DNA of 64,000 nt. It comes from Nitrosopumilus sp. (lineage in GTDB: Archaea; Thermoproteota; Nitrososphaeria; Nitrososphaerales; Nitrosopumilaceae). How positions within the stretch are numbered: position 1 is the first letter of the stretch; each line of letters starts with the position of its first letter. Positions 49,584 through 59,683 of the stretch are shown in pieces. Both the position numbers and the translations under genes were made by a program. The stretch covers positions 1,280,001-1,344,000 of the forward strand of contig OZ242186.1 of NCBI GenBank assembly GCA_965205675.1. Reading direction: 5' to 3'. The notes below the pieces were generated by a model. The model was not told the origin of the DNA, ran no database searches, and saw only the letters and a list, made by a program, of their open reading frames with translations.

Positions 49584-50150
49584 CTATAGGTGCTTCCAAG
49601 ATATCATATTTGATAGTGTATCATCTGCATCGCCCAAAGTATCTGACTTGTAGCCAAATTCTTCCATATCTTTCGGATATATTGCCCACTGATGAGATTC
49701 ATGTTGATTTCCATATTCTGCACCCTGCGCATAGTGACCGTGCGGCATTCCTAGCACGACTAGTTTCTTTGTGATTCCTTCAAGCGTCTCAAGTACCTTC
49801 CCTGTCTCATCTTTTTGCAGATGTTCTGGTCCATGATAGAAAAAACACACATCAAATCTTTCATTCACCACTTTTGCTGCGTTGCGAACATCCCCCTGTA
49901 TTATCTGAACATCCGTGCCTGAAAATTTATCTGCCAAATATTTTACATTTTTTTCAAAGATCTCCAAGATCACTACTCTATCATAATCCCTTACAAAGTC
50001 ATCCAAAAAATGCTGTCTTAGGTAGTTTGCTCCAATGTACAGGACATTTTTGTATGCTCCGGAAAACAAATCAGGCAAGGCACTCCTTACCTGTTTATCA
50101 ATCTCTTCAGGCAGACTATAATCAAGTTTCTCTGGAATTTTTTGACTCAT
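49584..50150 (-). CDS. Class I SAM-dependent methyltransferase-like protein
   Basis: VLYIGA, ILEIF, IIQGDVR, FDVCFFYHGPEHL. Confidence 0.75.
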   Translation of the reverse strand: MSQKIPEKLDYSLPEEIDKQVRSALPDLFSGAYKNVLYIGANYLRQHFLDDFVRDYDRVVILEIFEKNVKYLADKFSGTDVQIIQGDVRNAAKVVNERFDVCFFYHGPEHLQKDETGKVLETLEGITKKLVVLGMPHGHYAQGAEYGNQHESHQWAIYPKDMEEFGYKSDTLGDADDTLSNMISWKHL

Positions 50151-50176
50151 TTACACTTGTTCGACTCTAAAAATAA

Positions 50177-51121
50177 TTAAAATGTTCTGAAATTAATCAT
50201 CATCCATACTATGAACCAAGAGGTAAACGCTACTGCGTTTAACGCAAGTACTATGTGATACAGCCCTATCCACCTCTTCATGATGTATTTTTCTTGAATC
50301 ACAAGTATTCTTGATCCGATCAGTACAGCAATCACACCACCAAGAATCTCCAATGTTGGTAAGAACAGATCTCCTATCGCAATTTGTCCGAATACAAGTA
50401 GTATGGGCACTAAAATACCTGCAACTGATATCGCTGCCGCTGTATTTGCTGTTGAATCGGCAATTCCAATAATGACATTTCCTACAACATCACTTTCAAA
50501 GTCCATATCAGTTACATGAAATTTTACGAGATTCGGAGTCTTTTTGGACGGTGTAACTATTTTTGAGTTTTCTTGTGGCTTTACTTCAATATTGTAATTA
50601 CTCTGAATTTTGTAATCATCACCTACACTAAACGTGATATGTAGATCGTACGGTTTTTTCTCTATTACATATTTTTGAGAATCTATGGTAAATTCGCTAG
50701 GACTTATTCTCAATCCAAAACTCATCTTCATGTTTAATGATTTGTTTGACGTAGAATATCTCTCTGGGTCAAGTGGGGAGACAAACGTGATTGTCAGTAT
50801 TTCAAACTCTGAATCAGATGGTAGAAGAAGTACCGCAATACGTATGAAGTCATCTTTATGAAAGATATTTGTCTTGGATGATACATCAGTCATACTGATG
50901 TTAAATCGCTCCTCTAGTTCTTGTGGTGACAGTTGAGTCAGTTGTCTGCCCTTGGAATCGTGTACCTCAATATCAGTTAATCTGTCTTCTACTGGAATGA
51001 AAAATATCCCTTCCCTCGTATTATCATATTTTATTCCTAATTTCATGGTGGTCTTGTATTGTTGAGACGTGATGAATTCATATTTTCGCTGATCTGATAT
51101 TATTGATATATTCAAGTTCAT
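50177..51121 (-). CDS. Hypothetical protein with three C-terminal TMs
   Basis: 314-aa ORF, beta-rich N-terminus. Confidence 0.7.
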   Translation of the reverse strand: MNLNISIISDQRKYEFITSQQYKTTMKLGIKYDNTREGIFFIPVEDRLTDIEVHDSKGRQLTQLSPQELEERFNISMTDVSSKTNIFHKDDFIRIAVLLLPSDSEFEILTITFVSPLDPERYSTSNKSLNMKMSFGLRISPSEFTIDSQKYVIEKKPYDLHITFSVGDDYKIQSNYNIEVKPQENSKIVTPSKKTPNLVKFHVTDMDFESDVVGNVIIGIADSTANTAAAISVAGILVPILLVFGQIAIGDLFLPTLEILGGVIAVLIGSRILVIQEKYIMKRWIGLYHIVLALNAVAFTSWFIVWMMINFRTF

Positions 51122-51368
51122 GAAATGGTTATTTTGATGATTAATTAAATTAAACAGAATTTAAGATTTTTTTAATATGTGTCTGCTAATTATGTCTTGA
51201 AAATTATAATTCTTTAATGATCATATAATTTTAAATGAGATCTGATCTAGCCCCTTGAAATAATACTAATTTAAATGATTTTACGTGAAGTCATATGGGT
51301 GATAATCAGACTCCAAAAGGAGCCTGTGATGGAATGGTACAATCTAAAAACAAAGAAAAAAAGGTGTG

Positions 51369-51842
51369 TTATCTGACACGAACAGTGACATGTTCTATTA
51401 TCTTGATACCATCTGCAGTTATAGCATTTACAATTACTGCGATCTCTTTTCCTGAAACAAAAGAGATTGCATCGCCGTCAGTATCTACTATTTTTTCATA
51501 GGCAGAACCAGACATGCCAGGCTTGAGGGGTGATGAAGACGGTGATATGATGAACGGTTGAATCCCCGGTGTTACAGAATCGGTATCCTGCATTAACTGC
51601 GCTTCAAGTTCAGTAATGTCACTGTTTCCGGTATTTTTGATGTTAATTAAGACAAACGTCTCGTCATCTACCTGCTGGACAAAGATCTTTTGCAAAGAGA
51701 CGGAACCTGCTATCGTCTGTACGTCAAATATGTCTCCTGCAAAGGTAAACAATGTTCCCGAAAAGATGAGCACAATCCCTGCGATCATTGCAACTTGCAT
51801 CAGACCGCTGATTCCTAGTCTTTTTCTGGCATTGATGTTCAT
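51369..51842 (-). CDS. Archaeal type IV pilin with class III signal peptide
   Basis: RKRLG|ISGLMQVAMIAG; INIKNTGNSDI; LKPGMS. Confidence 0.85.
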   Translation of the reverse strand: MNINARKRLGISGLMQVAMIAGIVLIFSGTLFTFAGDIFDVQTIAGSVSLQKIFVQQVDDETFVLINIKNTGNSDITELEAQLMQDTDSVTPGIQPFIISPSSSPLKPGMSGSAYEKIVDTDGDAISFVSGKEIAVIVNAITADGIKIIEHVTVRVR

Positions 51843-51879
51843 GGAGATTATAAGATATATTGTTTAAAAAGACAAAAAT

Positions 51880-52321
51880 ACAGGACAGGATGCGGTTTTT
51901 CCACTTGCGGCATGTATCCTTGGATGCGGCACGTACATGTACCTTTTGTGGAACCTTTGGTTTTAGATTCCATTTGTGCATCAAAGGACGCACATGAGTG
52001 ATATGATATGTAATGCGTGTTCTGTAAAATATGAATTGTATCAGTTTCTTTGGAGTCATGCCGTCTGAAATTTTCTTAAATGCACGCTCTATTTTTTGTA
52101 ATTTTTTGTGTGAAATTAATGGCAGACGGCCAGAACGAGGGGGGGTCCTCCAGGCCCTCCAATCCATATTTTTCAAATGAATCAAGCCAATTCCTTACAG
52201 AATTATATAGACCACTTGCGTAATTATAGAAATTTTTTCTCAAATTTTGTATTTTAACAGAATTCATACCTGAAAATTCAAATTTCTCAACCAATTTTAA
52301 AAATCCTGCAACAAAATTCAT
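51880..52321 (-). pseudogene. IS630-family transposase remnant (HTH part, frameshifted)
   Basis: VRNWLDSFEKYGLEGLEDPP; YHITHVRPLMHKWNLKPKVPQKVHVRAAS. Confidence 0.7.
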
Positions 52322-52366
52322 GCCTAGAAATAATTACGCAAGACGTCTTATGTACAAAACATTTGG

Positions 52367-52987
52367 TTGGCAGAAGCTCAGCCAAAGAAGAGGAGAAGGC
52401 GAAAGTGGGTTAGATATGAAAGGACATATTCAAACTCCATGTGGCATACTGACTGGAAGCAGTTAGACGATGGCAGATGGTTTCTGTGTTACCAGGATGA
52501 CGCATCAAGGTTTATCGTTTCTCATGGAGTGTTTGCAGAGGCAACAACAGATAACGCACTTGTAGTATTACATGAGGCAATTGCAAAGCACGGTAGGCCT
52601 GCATCAATTCTAACTGATCATGGCTCCCAGTTTTATGCAAACCAATCAGAATACAAGAGAAAAGGAGCATCACAGTTTGAGCAAGAACTGGTTAGATTTG
52701 GAATAAAACACATCATGGCAAGAGTGAATCATCCCCAGACAAATGGAAAGTTAGAAAGATTTCACGGCGAGATTCAGAGAAAGCAGAAATGGTTTGGCAC
52801 CATTGATGAGCTGGTCCACTGGTACAACCACATAAAGCCACACATGTCACTTGACTGGGATAATCTTGAGACCCCTGCAAAGGCATATGCAAGAAAGATG
52901 CCCGAGAAAGGAACAAGAGTTATTGATGAGCAGACAGGAGAAGAATACGATGTCAAATAAGGGACGAACTGATTTTGGGATACAACA
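52367..52987 (+). mobile_element. IS481-family transposase, 5'-truncated, with right end
   Basis: WHTDWK, DDASR, TDHGSQF, HPQTNGKLERFH; terminus ...GGGATACAACA. Confidence 0.85.
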
Positions 52988-53255
52988 ATGGATTCAGTAG
53001 TGGGTATCTAAGATCCAATACTTGTTTAAAAACAAAATTAAAAATTAATCAAAAACTCAATATTTTATGATCATATAAATAGACGTAAAATCAAAGGCTT
53101 TTGAAAATACAATGACTGAAGAAATGGATTTTACAACTGCTCCATGTGATTGGACTGAAAAAGATGCAGAAATTATAGCTGACTATGAAATCACAAAAGA
53201 GTTAGGACTATGTAATGTCAAAACTTTAGACATCAAATAAACCTCTTTTACTATC

Positions 53256-53540
53256 ATGTCTAGATGGCCTTTTGAATACGCACCAAAATTTAACAAGAAG
53301 ATTGCGAATCTAAAAAATCCTTTAGCATCTAACCGAATTAGAAAACTTTGTGAATGGATTGCAGAACAACAAGATCCTGAATGTATTGCAAACATTACAA
53401 CCTGTGAGGAAACCATCAACAAGAAACTCTTTTTCCCCCAATATGGATGGCATATTATCTACAAGTTTGAGAATCAAGAGATAGTGTTTGTGTTGTTTTA
53501 CAGTAATTCCGATTCACCATTACCACCTACAACTCTTTAA
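53256..53540 (+). CDS. RelE/ParE-like small protein, preceded by a 42-aa acidic ORF at 53112-53240
   Basis: FEYAPKFNKKIANL...WHIIYKFENQEIVFV pattern. Confidence 0.45.
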   Translation: MSRWPFEYAPKFNKKIANLKNPLASNRIRKLCEWIAEQQDPECIANITTCEETINKKLFFPQYGWHIIYKFENQEIVFVLFYSNSDSPLPPTTL

Positions 53541-53820
53541 AACAGAATATCTTCACTGTTATATCAATGAATTAGGAGAAATGGAACAAAACGATATTTC
53601 ACCAGGTACTATTAGATGCATTATGCGAAACAATCCAAAAAAATAACCAAGATGTTGTAGTTATACGTAGGGCATATGAAGATGCCAAACATGACCTCAA
53701 AGAAGGAGACAATATAGCAGAATTAAACATAATTGTTTTTCACCTGACAGAAATTAATGAAATTATACACAGTCTTGATCGTATTGAAAAAATACTTTTC
53801 TCATATCCACCTTCTAAAGG

Positions 53821-54594
53821 TTAAATCATACATTCACTGCCGCAGGGACTATCTACATCAATCATTGGCAGTTTCTTTTTCTGCTTCATCATTTTATCAA
53901 TATCTCGAAGTGAATATCCTTTGGGTGCCAATCTCTGAGTTTCAAAATGCTTTCCTTGTTCTTCAATCTTCATAGAATATTTGAATAATTTTGGATGCTT
54001 CTCATGAATTTCTCCCCATCTTTGCATGTTGTTATATGGACAGAAATAACAACCACTTTTTTCAGGGGTAGGTAATCTTGCACTTTTGATCAAATCAATG
54101 CATCCTTCACGATTAATCTTGAAATCAATTAGCGGATACAAATTAGTTACATAATCTTCTCTAGCAGGTTTCATTCTGTGAACCTCGCCATAGTCAATTC
54201 CCATGTATTGGTACACATGTGATTGTAGTTTACGATAAAATGCATGAATTGGAATTACTTTGAAATCTCTTGTACACCATCTCCACACTTGAGATGGAAT
54301 AACTTCACGTCTTAAACACTTGTCTTATAATGCTTCTTTTTTTCTATTCATTACAATTTCAAATGGAATGTTTCTTCTTTTGAGATATCTCTCCATTACA
54401 TCAAGATACTGGTATGTTTCAGGCATTTCATCGCCTGTATCTGAAAACACAACATAATCTAACGGGAATTTATTTTTGACCAAAAAAACAATTAGTGCAG
54501 TAGAGTTTACTCTGCCACCATAACTTACAATATGCTTTGCATCTTTTTGGCGCTTGATATTTCTTGAGTCCAATATTCTTTCTTGTACTAACAT
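53821..54594 (-). pseudogene. PAPS-reductase-family protein split by an in-frame TAA at 54325
   Basis: VSYGGRVNS, FSDTGDEMPETY | RWCTRDFKV, YPLID, KSGCYFCP; both ORFs share a frame. Confidence 0.85.
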
Positions 54595-54771
54595 CCATTC
54601 TGCATTCTCCTGTATGTTAACAAGTCCTGTAATCTAATAGAACATAAACTCCCCATTTCCTGCATGGATAGTAAAAACAATTTAATCTCTTCTGCATTTG
54701 GTATATGTATACAACTTGAATATAAAAATTAAAGAAATCTAAATATAGAAAAATAATCTTTTTCTTATTCC

Positions 54772-55071
54772 TCAAAGAAGGTCCGGATCCTCTTGTGACT
54801 CAGATGAATCCTTGATGCCCTGTGTATTTTTTTGATATGATGTGATTAATTCTTTTGGAGCAATAATGTCATGTCTTGGAATTTTCACATCCTCTGCAAC
54901 ATTGATTCCAAACTCGTCACAAATTGCTTTCTGATGCATCATCACAAACTCTACATCCTGCAGCAGTCTCTGGATCTTTATCCTTGCTCTGTACCTTGCA
55001 TCCTTTCTTTGCAATACAGAAAACGAGAGGGGTGTCTGAATTACTCTCTTGTCCTTTTCAGTCAGGCACAT
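54772..55071 (-). CDS. Putative ParR-like adaptor
   Basis: 99 aa; coupled downstream of the actin-like gene; basic N-terminal half, acidic tail. Confidence 0.5.
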   Translation of the reverse strand: MCLTEKDKRVIQTPLSFSVLQRKDARYRARIKIQRLLQDVEFVMMHQKAICDEFGINVAEDVKIPRHDIIAPKELITSYQKNTQGIKDSSESQEDPDLL

Positions 55072-55916
55072 TTTTCCTGAGCCTTTTTGAGCATTCCAAG
55101 CGCGTTTGAGAATACGGGGTTTTTTGCAATTCTCACATTTTGGATAATGTCGTTTTTTATCTCAGAGACTAGTTTTGGAATCAGTGCCCCTCCTCCTGCA
55201 CAGATTACGGGAATCTTGGGATAGTCAATTACTACCTTTTCTAAAGAATCTGAAATGTTTGCTGCAAGTATCTTTCTTGCCTCTGCAAGCTGTGGGGTGT
55301 TCTTTGAGAATATCTCAGGATTCATGTATTCTGATCTTGACTCTGTGATGGCACTTGTTATCTCCCCGACCCCACACGGTACGGTCTTGGCGTAACTTAT
55401 GCTCTGATGAGTTACAGCCATTATCTCCGTGGTCCCATGTCCTATATGGCACACTATCCCGTCTACTACTCCCTCGTTATCCAACGTAGCCTTTGCCTGA
55501 TACATCAGACCAAAGAACTTTGGCGCAAATCTATGGTTTACAGAATCCTTTATTTTCTGGGTGTGCCCCCTTGCGTCATATGGAATTCCTGCAACAATCA
55601 TACACTCTGAATAGCTTTGAGGTCCCTCATATACCGCATCTCTTTTGTGCAATATGACCCGGTCTAGCGCATACCTTACCAGTTCCATGTAATCAGAAAT
55701 AGATGTTGGAGTTCCCCTATACACCGGAGTCTTTAGCACCATTGACTTTACATGCTCTTGTCTTACTGCATCCTCTCCAACCAAAATAATATCTTCTGAT
55801 TCCAAATCCATGCCCTTGCCTTGTGCAATGATTGATGGGAACACAAATGTGCCATGTGCTGTGGCAACTTTTACTGAACCGGTTCCAATGTCCAGCCCTA
55901 CACAATTCTTATTCAT
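55062..55916 (-). CDS. parM: Actin-like ATPase, ParM/StbA family
   Basis: GLDIGTGSVK phosphate-1, HIGHGTTE phosphate-2, CAGGGA adenosine motif, NPVFSNALG. Confidence 0.88.
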   Translation of the reverse strand: MNKNCVGLDIGTGSVKVATAHGTFVFPSIIAQGKGMDLESEDIILVGEDAVRQEHVKSMVLKTPVYRGTPTSISDYMELVRYALDRVILHKRDAVYEGPQSYSECMIVAGIPYDARGHTQKIKDSVNHRFAPKFFGLMYQAKATLDNEGVVDGIVCHIGHGTTEIMAVTHQSISYAKTVPCGVGEITSAITESRSEYMNPEIFSKNTPQLAEARKILAANISDSLEKVVIDYPKIPVICAGGGALIPKLVSEIKNDIIQNVRIAKNPVFSNALGMLKKAQEKCA

Positions 55917-55955
55917 GATATCATCAGAACATTTTGAATTTAAAGCGGTATTTTG

Positions 55956-56207
55956 GTATCGCGTAATTACGCGATATCAAAATCAAAGTATCGCGTAATA
56001 TGACGACATCAAAAATCCGTGAAAAAAATATCGATAAAAAAAGGCACTTAATACAACGAGTCCTTACTATATTAAACAAAACCCAAAAAACATCAAAAAC
56101 ACAACTTCTAGCATAGATAAGGAAAAATCCCTATCTTTGAAACCAAATTTCTAAAACACCAATTTTTGAGCAAAATCAGCCAAAGTATCGCGTAATTACA
56201 CGATATC
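55956..56207. promoter_or_regulatory. parC/operator-like palindromes upstream of parM
   Basis: TATCGCGTAATTACGCGATA perfect palindrome 55957-55976; half-site 55988-55999; near-perfect copy 56186-56205. Confidence 0.7.
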
Positions 56208-56604
56208 AAAAGCATGCAATTTTTAGCAAAAATGAATTAGAGGGCAATGATGAGTTTCTGGCACGTCTGAACATCTAAATGATGACAGCAACAATCTGAG
56301 CCCTCTAACAATCTTTTGCAGCAATGCTGTTAAAAATGTTGGTGTCATTTCCAAGGTTTTGTCAAACTGAGACATCATCTCTGCTACCCTACAAAAGAAT
56401 CGACTCAGCGAGTAGGTATGAGGGATTTGAAAAGAATTTTTCTCAAATGCAACAACTACAAAGTACAAACACGTCCGCATAGCAATATCATTTGGTTTAT
56501 TGTAAAAAGAATAAATCAACAGGAGTATTCACCCGACATTGAATGATGAGGTGGGTATTTGCACCCAGAAACTATTTTTTTAAATTTAGCGCAAGCTATT
56601 CTGA

Positions 56605-57696
56605 GTGACGACATCGCCACACTACGGACTAGGACCAGAGACAATCTGCATACTTGCAGCATCTGAGAGAAGCACCGCCCTCAGTTATAGGGCGAAGTAT
56701 ATCATGACGCGAAAAATACAAAGCAAAAATATTCAAAACAATGCACAAAATCAAAAACTGCTCTTGGCAAAAAACTATGTCGAACAAGAACTAGAAACCC
56801 AAGGGTATAGAGGTCGCATCAAGTATGATATGACCAACAAAGCTCTGGTCCAATACAGGACCAAGGAGGGAACAATAGCCGTCATCAAAGAAGGCAAACT
56901 GCACATCTTTGAGATGCCAGTCAAAAAGTTCAAGGGGGCACTTCCATTGGAGACAAATCCAGTGGATATGGATTCCATCAGGACAGAAAAGGCAACATGC
57001 TGTAAAAGATGCCATCAATGGAAAAAGACTGCAAACATAACCCGCTGTCCTTGCGGAGGATATCTGGTTCCAAGAAAGAGATTCTCAGTAGATGCTGTAG
57101 AGTCCTGGGATGAGGAAGTCCTCGAGATAGAGTTTGCCAAAAAAGACATCATCCTAGCAAAGAAGACTGATAGGGTACTAGCTCACAAACCAAAGAGATC
57201 AACCCCTAAAGGAATCACCGCAAACCTATCTGGAATGTATGCAGTAGATACTCCGCTAGATACCCACAAGGAAGAGTTGTTGCTAGTTACAGACGGTGAG
57301 GATGTAAGAACCATTCGAGTCAGACCCATATCATCATGCAGTCTGATATTTGTAGCGGCGATAGATTCTGGAATATCTGATGAACAAAAATTTGAGATAC
57401 TCTCAGAATGCAGAAAGGATGATTCTGAGGACAGACAGTTCCTATCTGAGACAGATAGATTTGTCAGAGAACACATCCCACAAAAGGCAAAGAACATGGT
57501 GGATTCATGGAATGAACCATCATATCCTTTCAAACTTGGCAGAAAAGGCAAGACATCAAAGAGAGCCACAAGATCACTCAAGAGAATGGACAAGAGTCAT
57601 GCCTCAGAGAAAACAAGTCTCAAAAACGGAAAAAAGCCACAGTTCTTTGCAAGCTCAGTACCAGCAGCACAGACTCTCAAGAATGAGTCAAAGTAA
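56605..57696 (+). CDS. Array gene A copy 1: basic Zn-finger hypothetical protein with variant N-terminus (likely ATG 56704)
   Basis: CKRC...RCPCGG. Confidence 0.75.
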   Translation: MTTSPHYGLGPETICILAASERSTALSYRAKYIMTRKIQSKNIQNNAQNQKLLLAKNYVEQELETQGYRGRIKYDMTNKALVQYRTKEGTIAVIKEGKLHIFEMPVKKFKGALPLETNPVDMDSIRTEKATCCKRCHQWKKTANITRCPCGGYLVPRKRFSVDAVESWDEEVLEIEFAKKDIILAKKTDRVLAHKPKRSTPKGITANLSGMYAVDTPLDTHKEELLLVTDGEDVRTIRVRPISSCSLIFVAAIDSGISDEQKFEILSECRKDDSEDRQFLSETDRFVREHIPQKAKNMVDSWNEPSYPFKLGRKGKTSKRATRSLKRMDKSHASEKTSLKNGKKPQFFASSVPAAQTLKNESK

Positions 57697-57836
57697 ATGT
57701 CACTACAAGAAGAGTTTGTGACAGAAAAACATCTTTAAGAAAATAAAAACCACAGCACACCCCCAACTTTTTTTTATGTGACCTGACAATCCTCTCAAAT
57801 CCAATATCATACTATGACACCTGACAGGCAGATTGG

Positions 57837-58304
57837 ATGTGGAGATGGTACAGATGCTTGCAGCATCATACAGAAACAATGAACAAAAAAACAACAAACA
57901 AAGTAAGAACCAGTCTAGTACGAAAACAAAACGTGATATTTGTAGCAATGGTAGCAGTTGGGTTATCCCTAACTGTCATGAGCCAGCTTACAGATTCGCG
58001 ACTGCTAAGTGAAGGCATAGCCTTTATTATAGTTGGATTCGTAGGAATGTTAATGTCTTGGACTACGATGGATGTTGGTGCCAGTATCAAAGAAGCAATA
58101 CATGATGTTGGCAGAAAAAACCTAGCCGCATTGGAATCCATTGCATCTTCTCAAAAAGAGATGGGCAAATCTCTCAAAGAGATGGACACGTCTCTCAAAG
58201 AGATGGACACGTCTCTCAAAGAGATAGCATCCTCTCAGAAGGAGATCAAAGACATTCTAGGTACACATACTACAATTCTAAAGAACCTAGAGAAAAAAGA
58301 CTGA
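57837..58304 (+). CDS. Array gene B copy 1: two-TM + heptad coiled coil
   Basis: 5 variable heptads; real start probably the second Met. Confidence 0.75.
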   Translation: MWRWYRCLQHHTETMNKKTTNKVRTSLVRKQNVIFVAMVAVGLSLTVMSQLTDSRLLSEGIAFIIVGFVGMLMSWTTMDVGASIKEAIHDVGRKNLAALESIASSQKEMGKSLKEMDTSLKEMDTSLKEIASSQKEIKDILGTHTTILKNLEKKD

Positions 58305-58550
58305 GTTTTCAAAAACCCACAATATTTTTTTGACTGAGTCATGCACTCCAAACCGACATTATTTGTAGCAATACAAATCGACTCAGCGAGTTGGTGTGAG
58401 ATGTGTAAAGAAAATCAAAATGATTTTTGAAATTATTCCCACAGAGTTGTAACGAATTATTTCCAAAAGGGAATAGCTCAACCCAACTCTCATGACGGGA
58501 ATCGTTCTACTGGAAACGTTATTTCAGAATAACAGGAGGTTGAACCATTT

Positions 58551-59543
58551 ATGGTCCAACAAAATATTACAAGTGCAAGTATCAAAAATGCACAAAATCA
58601 AAAACTGCTCTTGGCAAAAAACTATGTCGAACAAGAACTAGAAACCCAAGGGTATAGAGGTCGCATCAAGTATGATATGACCAACAAAGCTCTGGTCCAA
58701 TACAGGACCAAGGAGGGAACAATAGCCGTCATCAAAGAAGGCAAACTGCACATCTTTGAGATGCCAGTCAAAAAGTTCAAGGGGGCACTTCCATTGGAGA
58801 CAAATCCAGTGGATATGGATTCCATCAGGACAGAAAAGGCAACATGCTGTAAAAGATGCCATCAATGGAAAAAGACTGCAAACATAACCCGCTGTCCTTG
58901 CGGAGGATATCTGGTTCCAAGAAAGAGATTCTCAGTAGATGCTGTAGAGTCTTGGGATGAAGAGGTCCTCGAGATAGAGTTTGCCAAAAAAGACATCATC
59001 CTAGCAAAGAAGACTGATAGGGTACTATCTCACAAACCAAAGAGATCAACCCCTAAAGGAATCACCGCAAACCTATCTGGAATGTATGCAGTAGATACTC
59101 CGCTAGATACCCACAAGGAAGAGTTGTTGCTAGTTACAGACGGTGAGGATGTAAGAACCATTCGAGTCAGACCCATATCATCATGCAGTCTGATATTTGT
59201 AGCGGCGATAGATTCTGGAATATCTGATGAACAAAAATTTGAGATACTCTCAGAATGCAGAAAGGATGATTCTGAGGACAGACAGTTCCTATCTGAGACA
59301 GATAGATTTGTCAGAGAACACATCCCACAAAAGGCAAAGAACATGGTGGATTCATGGAATGAACCATCATATCCTTTCAAACTTGGCAGAAAAGGCAAGA
59401 CATCAAAGAGAGCCACAAGATCACTCAAGAGAATGGACAAGAGTCATGCCTCAGAGAAAACAAGTCTCAAAAACGGAAAAAAGCCACAGTTCTTTGCAAG
59501 CTCAGTACCAGCAGCACAGACTCTCAAGAATGAGTCAAAGTAA
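58551..59543 (+). CDS. Array gene A copy 2
   Basis: 330 aa; AGGAGGT SD upstream. Confidence 0.8.
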   Translation: MVQQNITSASIKNAQNQKLLLAKNYVEQELETQGYRGRIKYDMTNKALVQYRTKEGTIAVIKEGKLHIFEMPVKKFKGALPLETNPVDMDSIRTEKATCCKRCHQWKKTANITRCPCGGYLVPRKRFSVDAVESWDEEVLEIEFAKKDIILAKKTDRVLSHKPKRSTPKGITANLSGMYAVDTPLDTHKEELLLVTDGEDVRTIRVRPISSCSLIFVAAIDSGISDEQKFEILSECRKDDSEDRQFLSETDRFVREHIPQKAKNMVDSWNEPSYPFKLGRKGKTSKRATRSLKRMDKSHASEKTSLKNGKKPQFFASSVPAAQTLKNESK

Positions 59544-59683
59544 ATGTCACTGCAAGAAGAGTTTGTGACAGAAAAACATCTTTAAGAAAATAAAAACCAC
59601 AGCACACCCCCAACTTTTTTTTATGTGACCTGACAATCCTCTCAAATCCAATATCATACTATGACACCTGACAGGCAGATTGG

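Noticed and set aside
54325-54327. Suppression of the TAA stop by the TAA-anticodon tRNA
   Set aside because: Anticodon UAA reads UUA codons, not UAA stops
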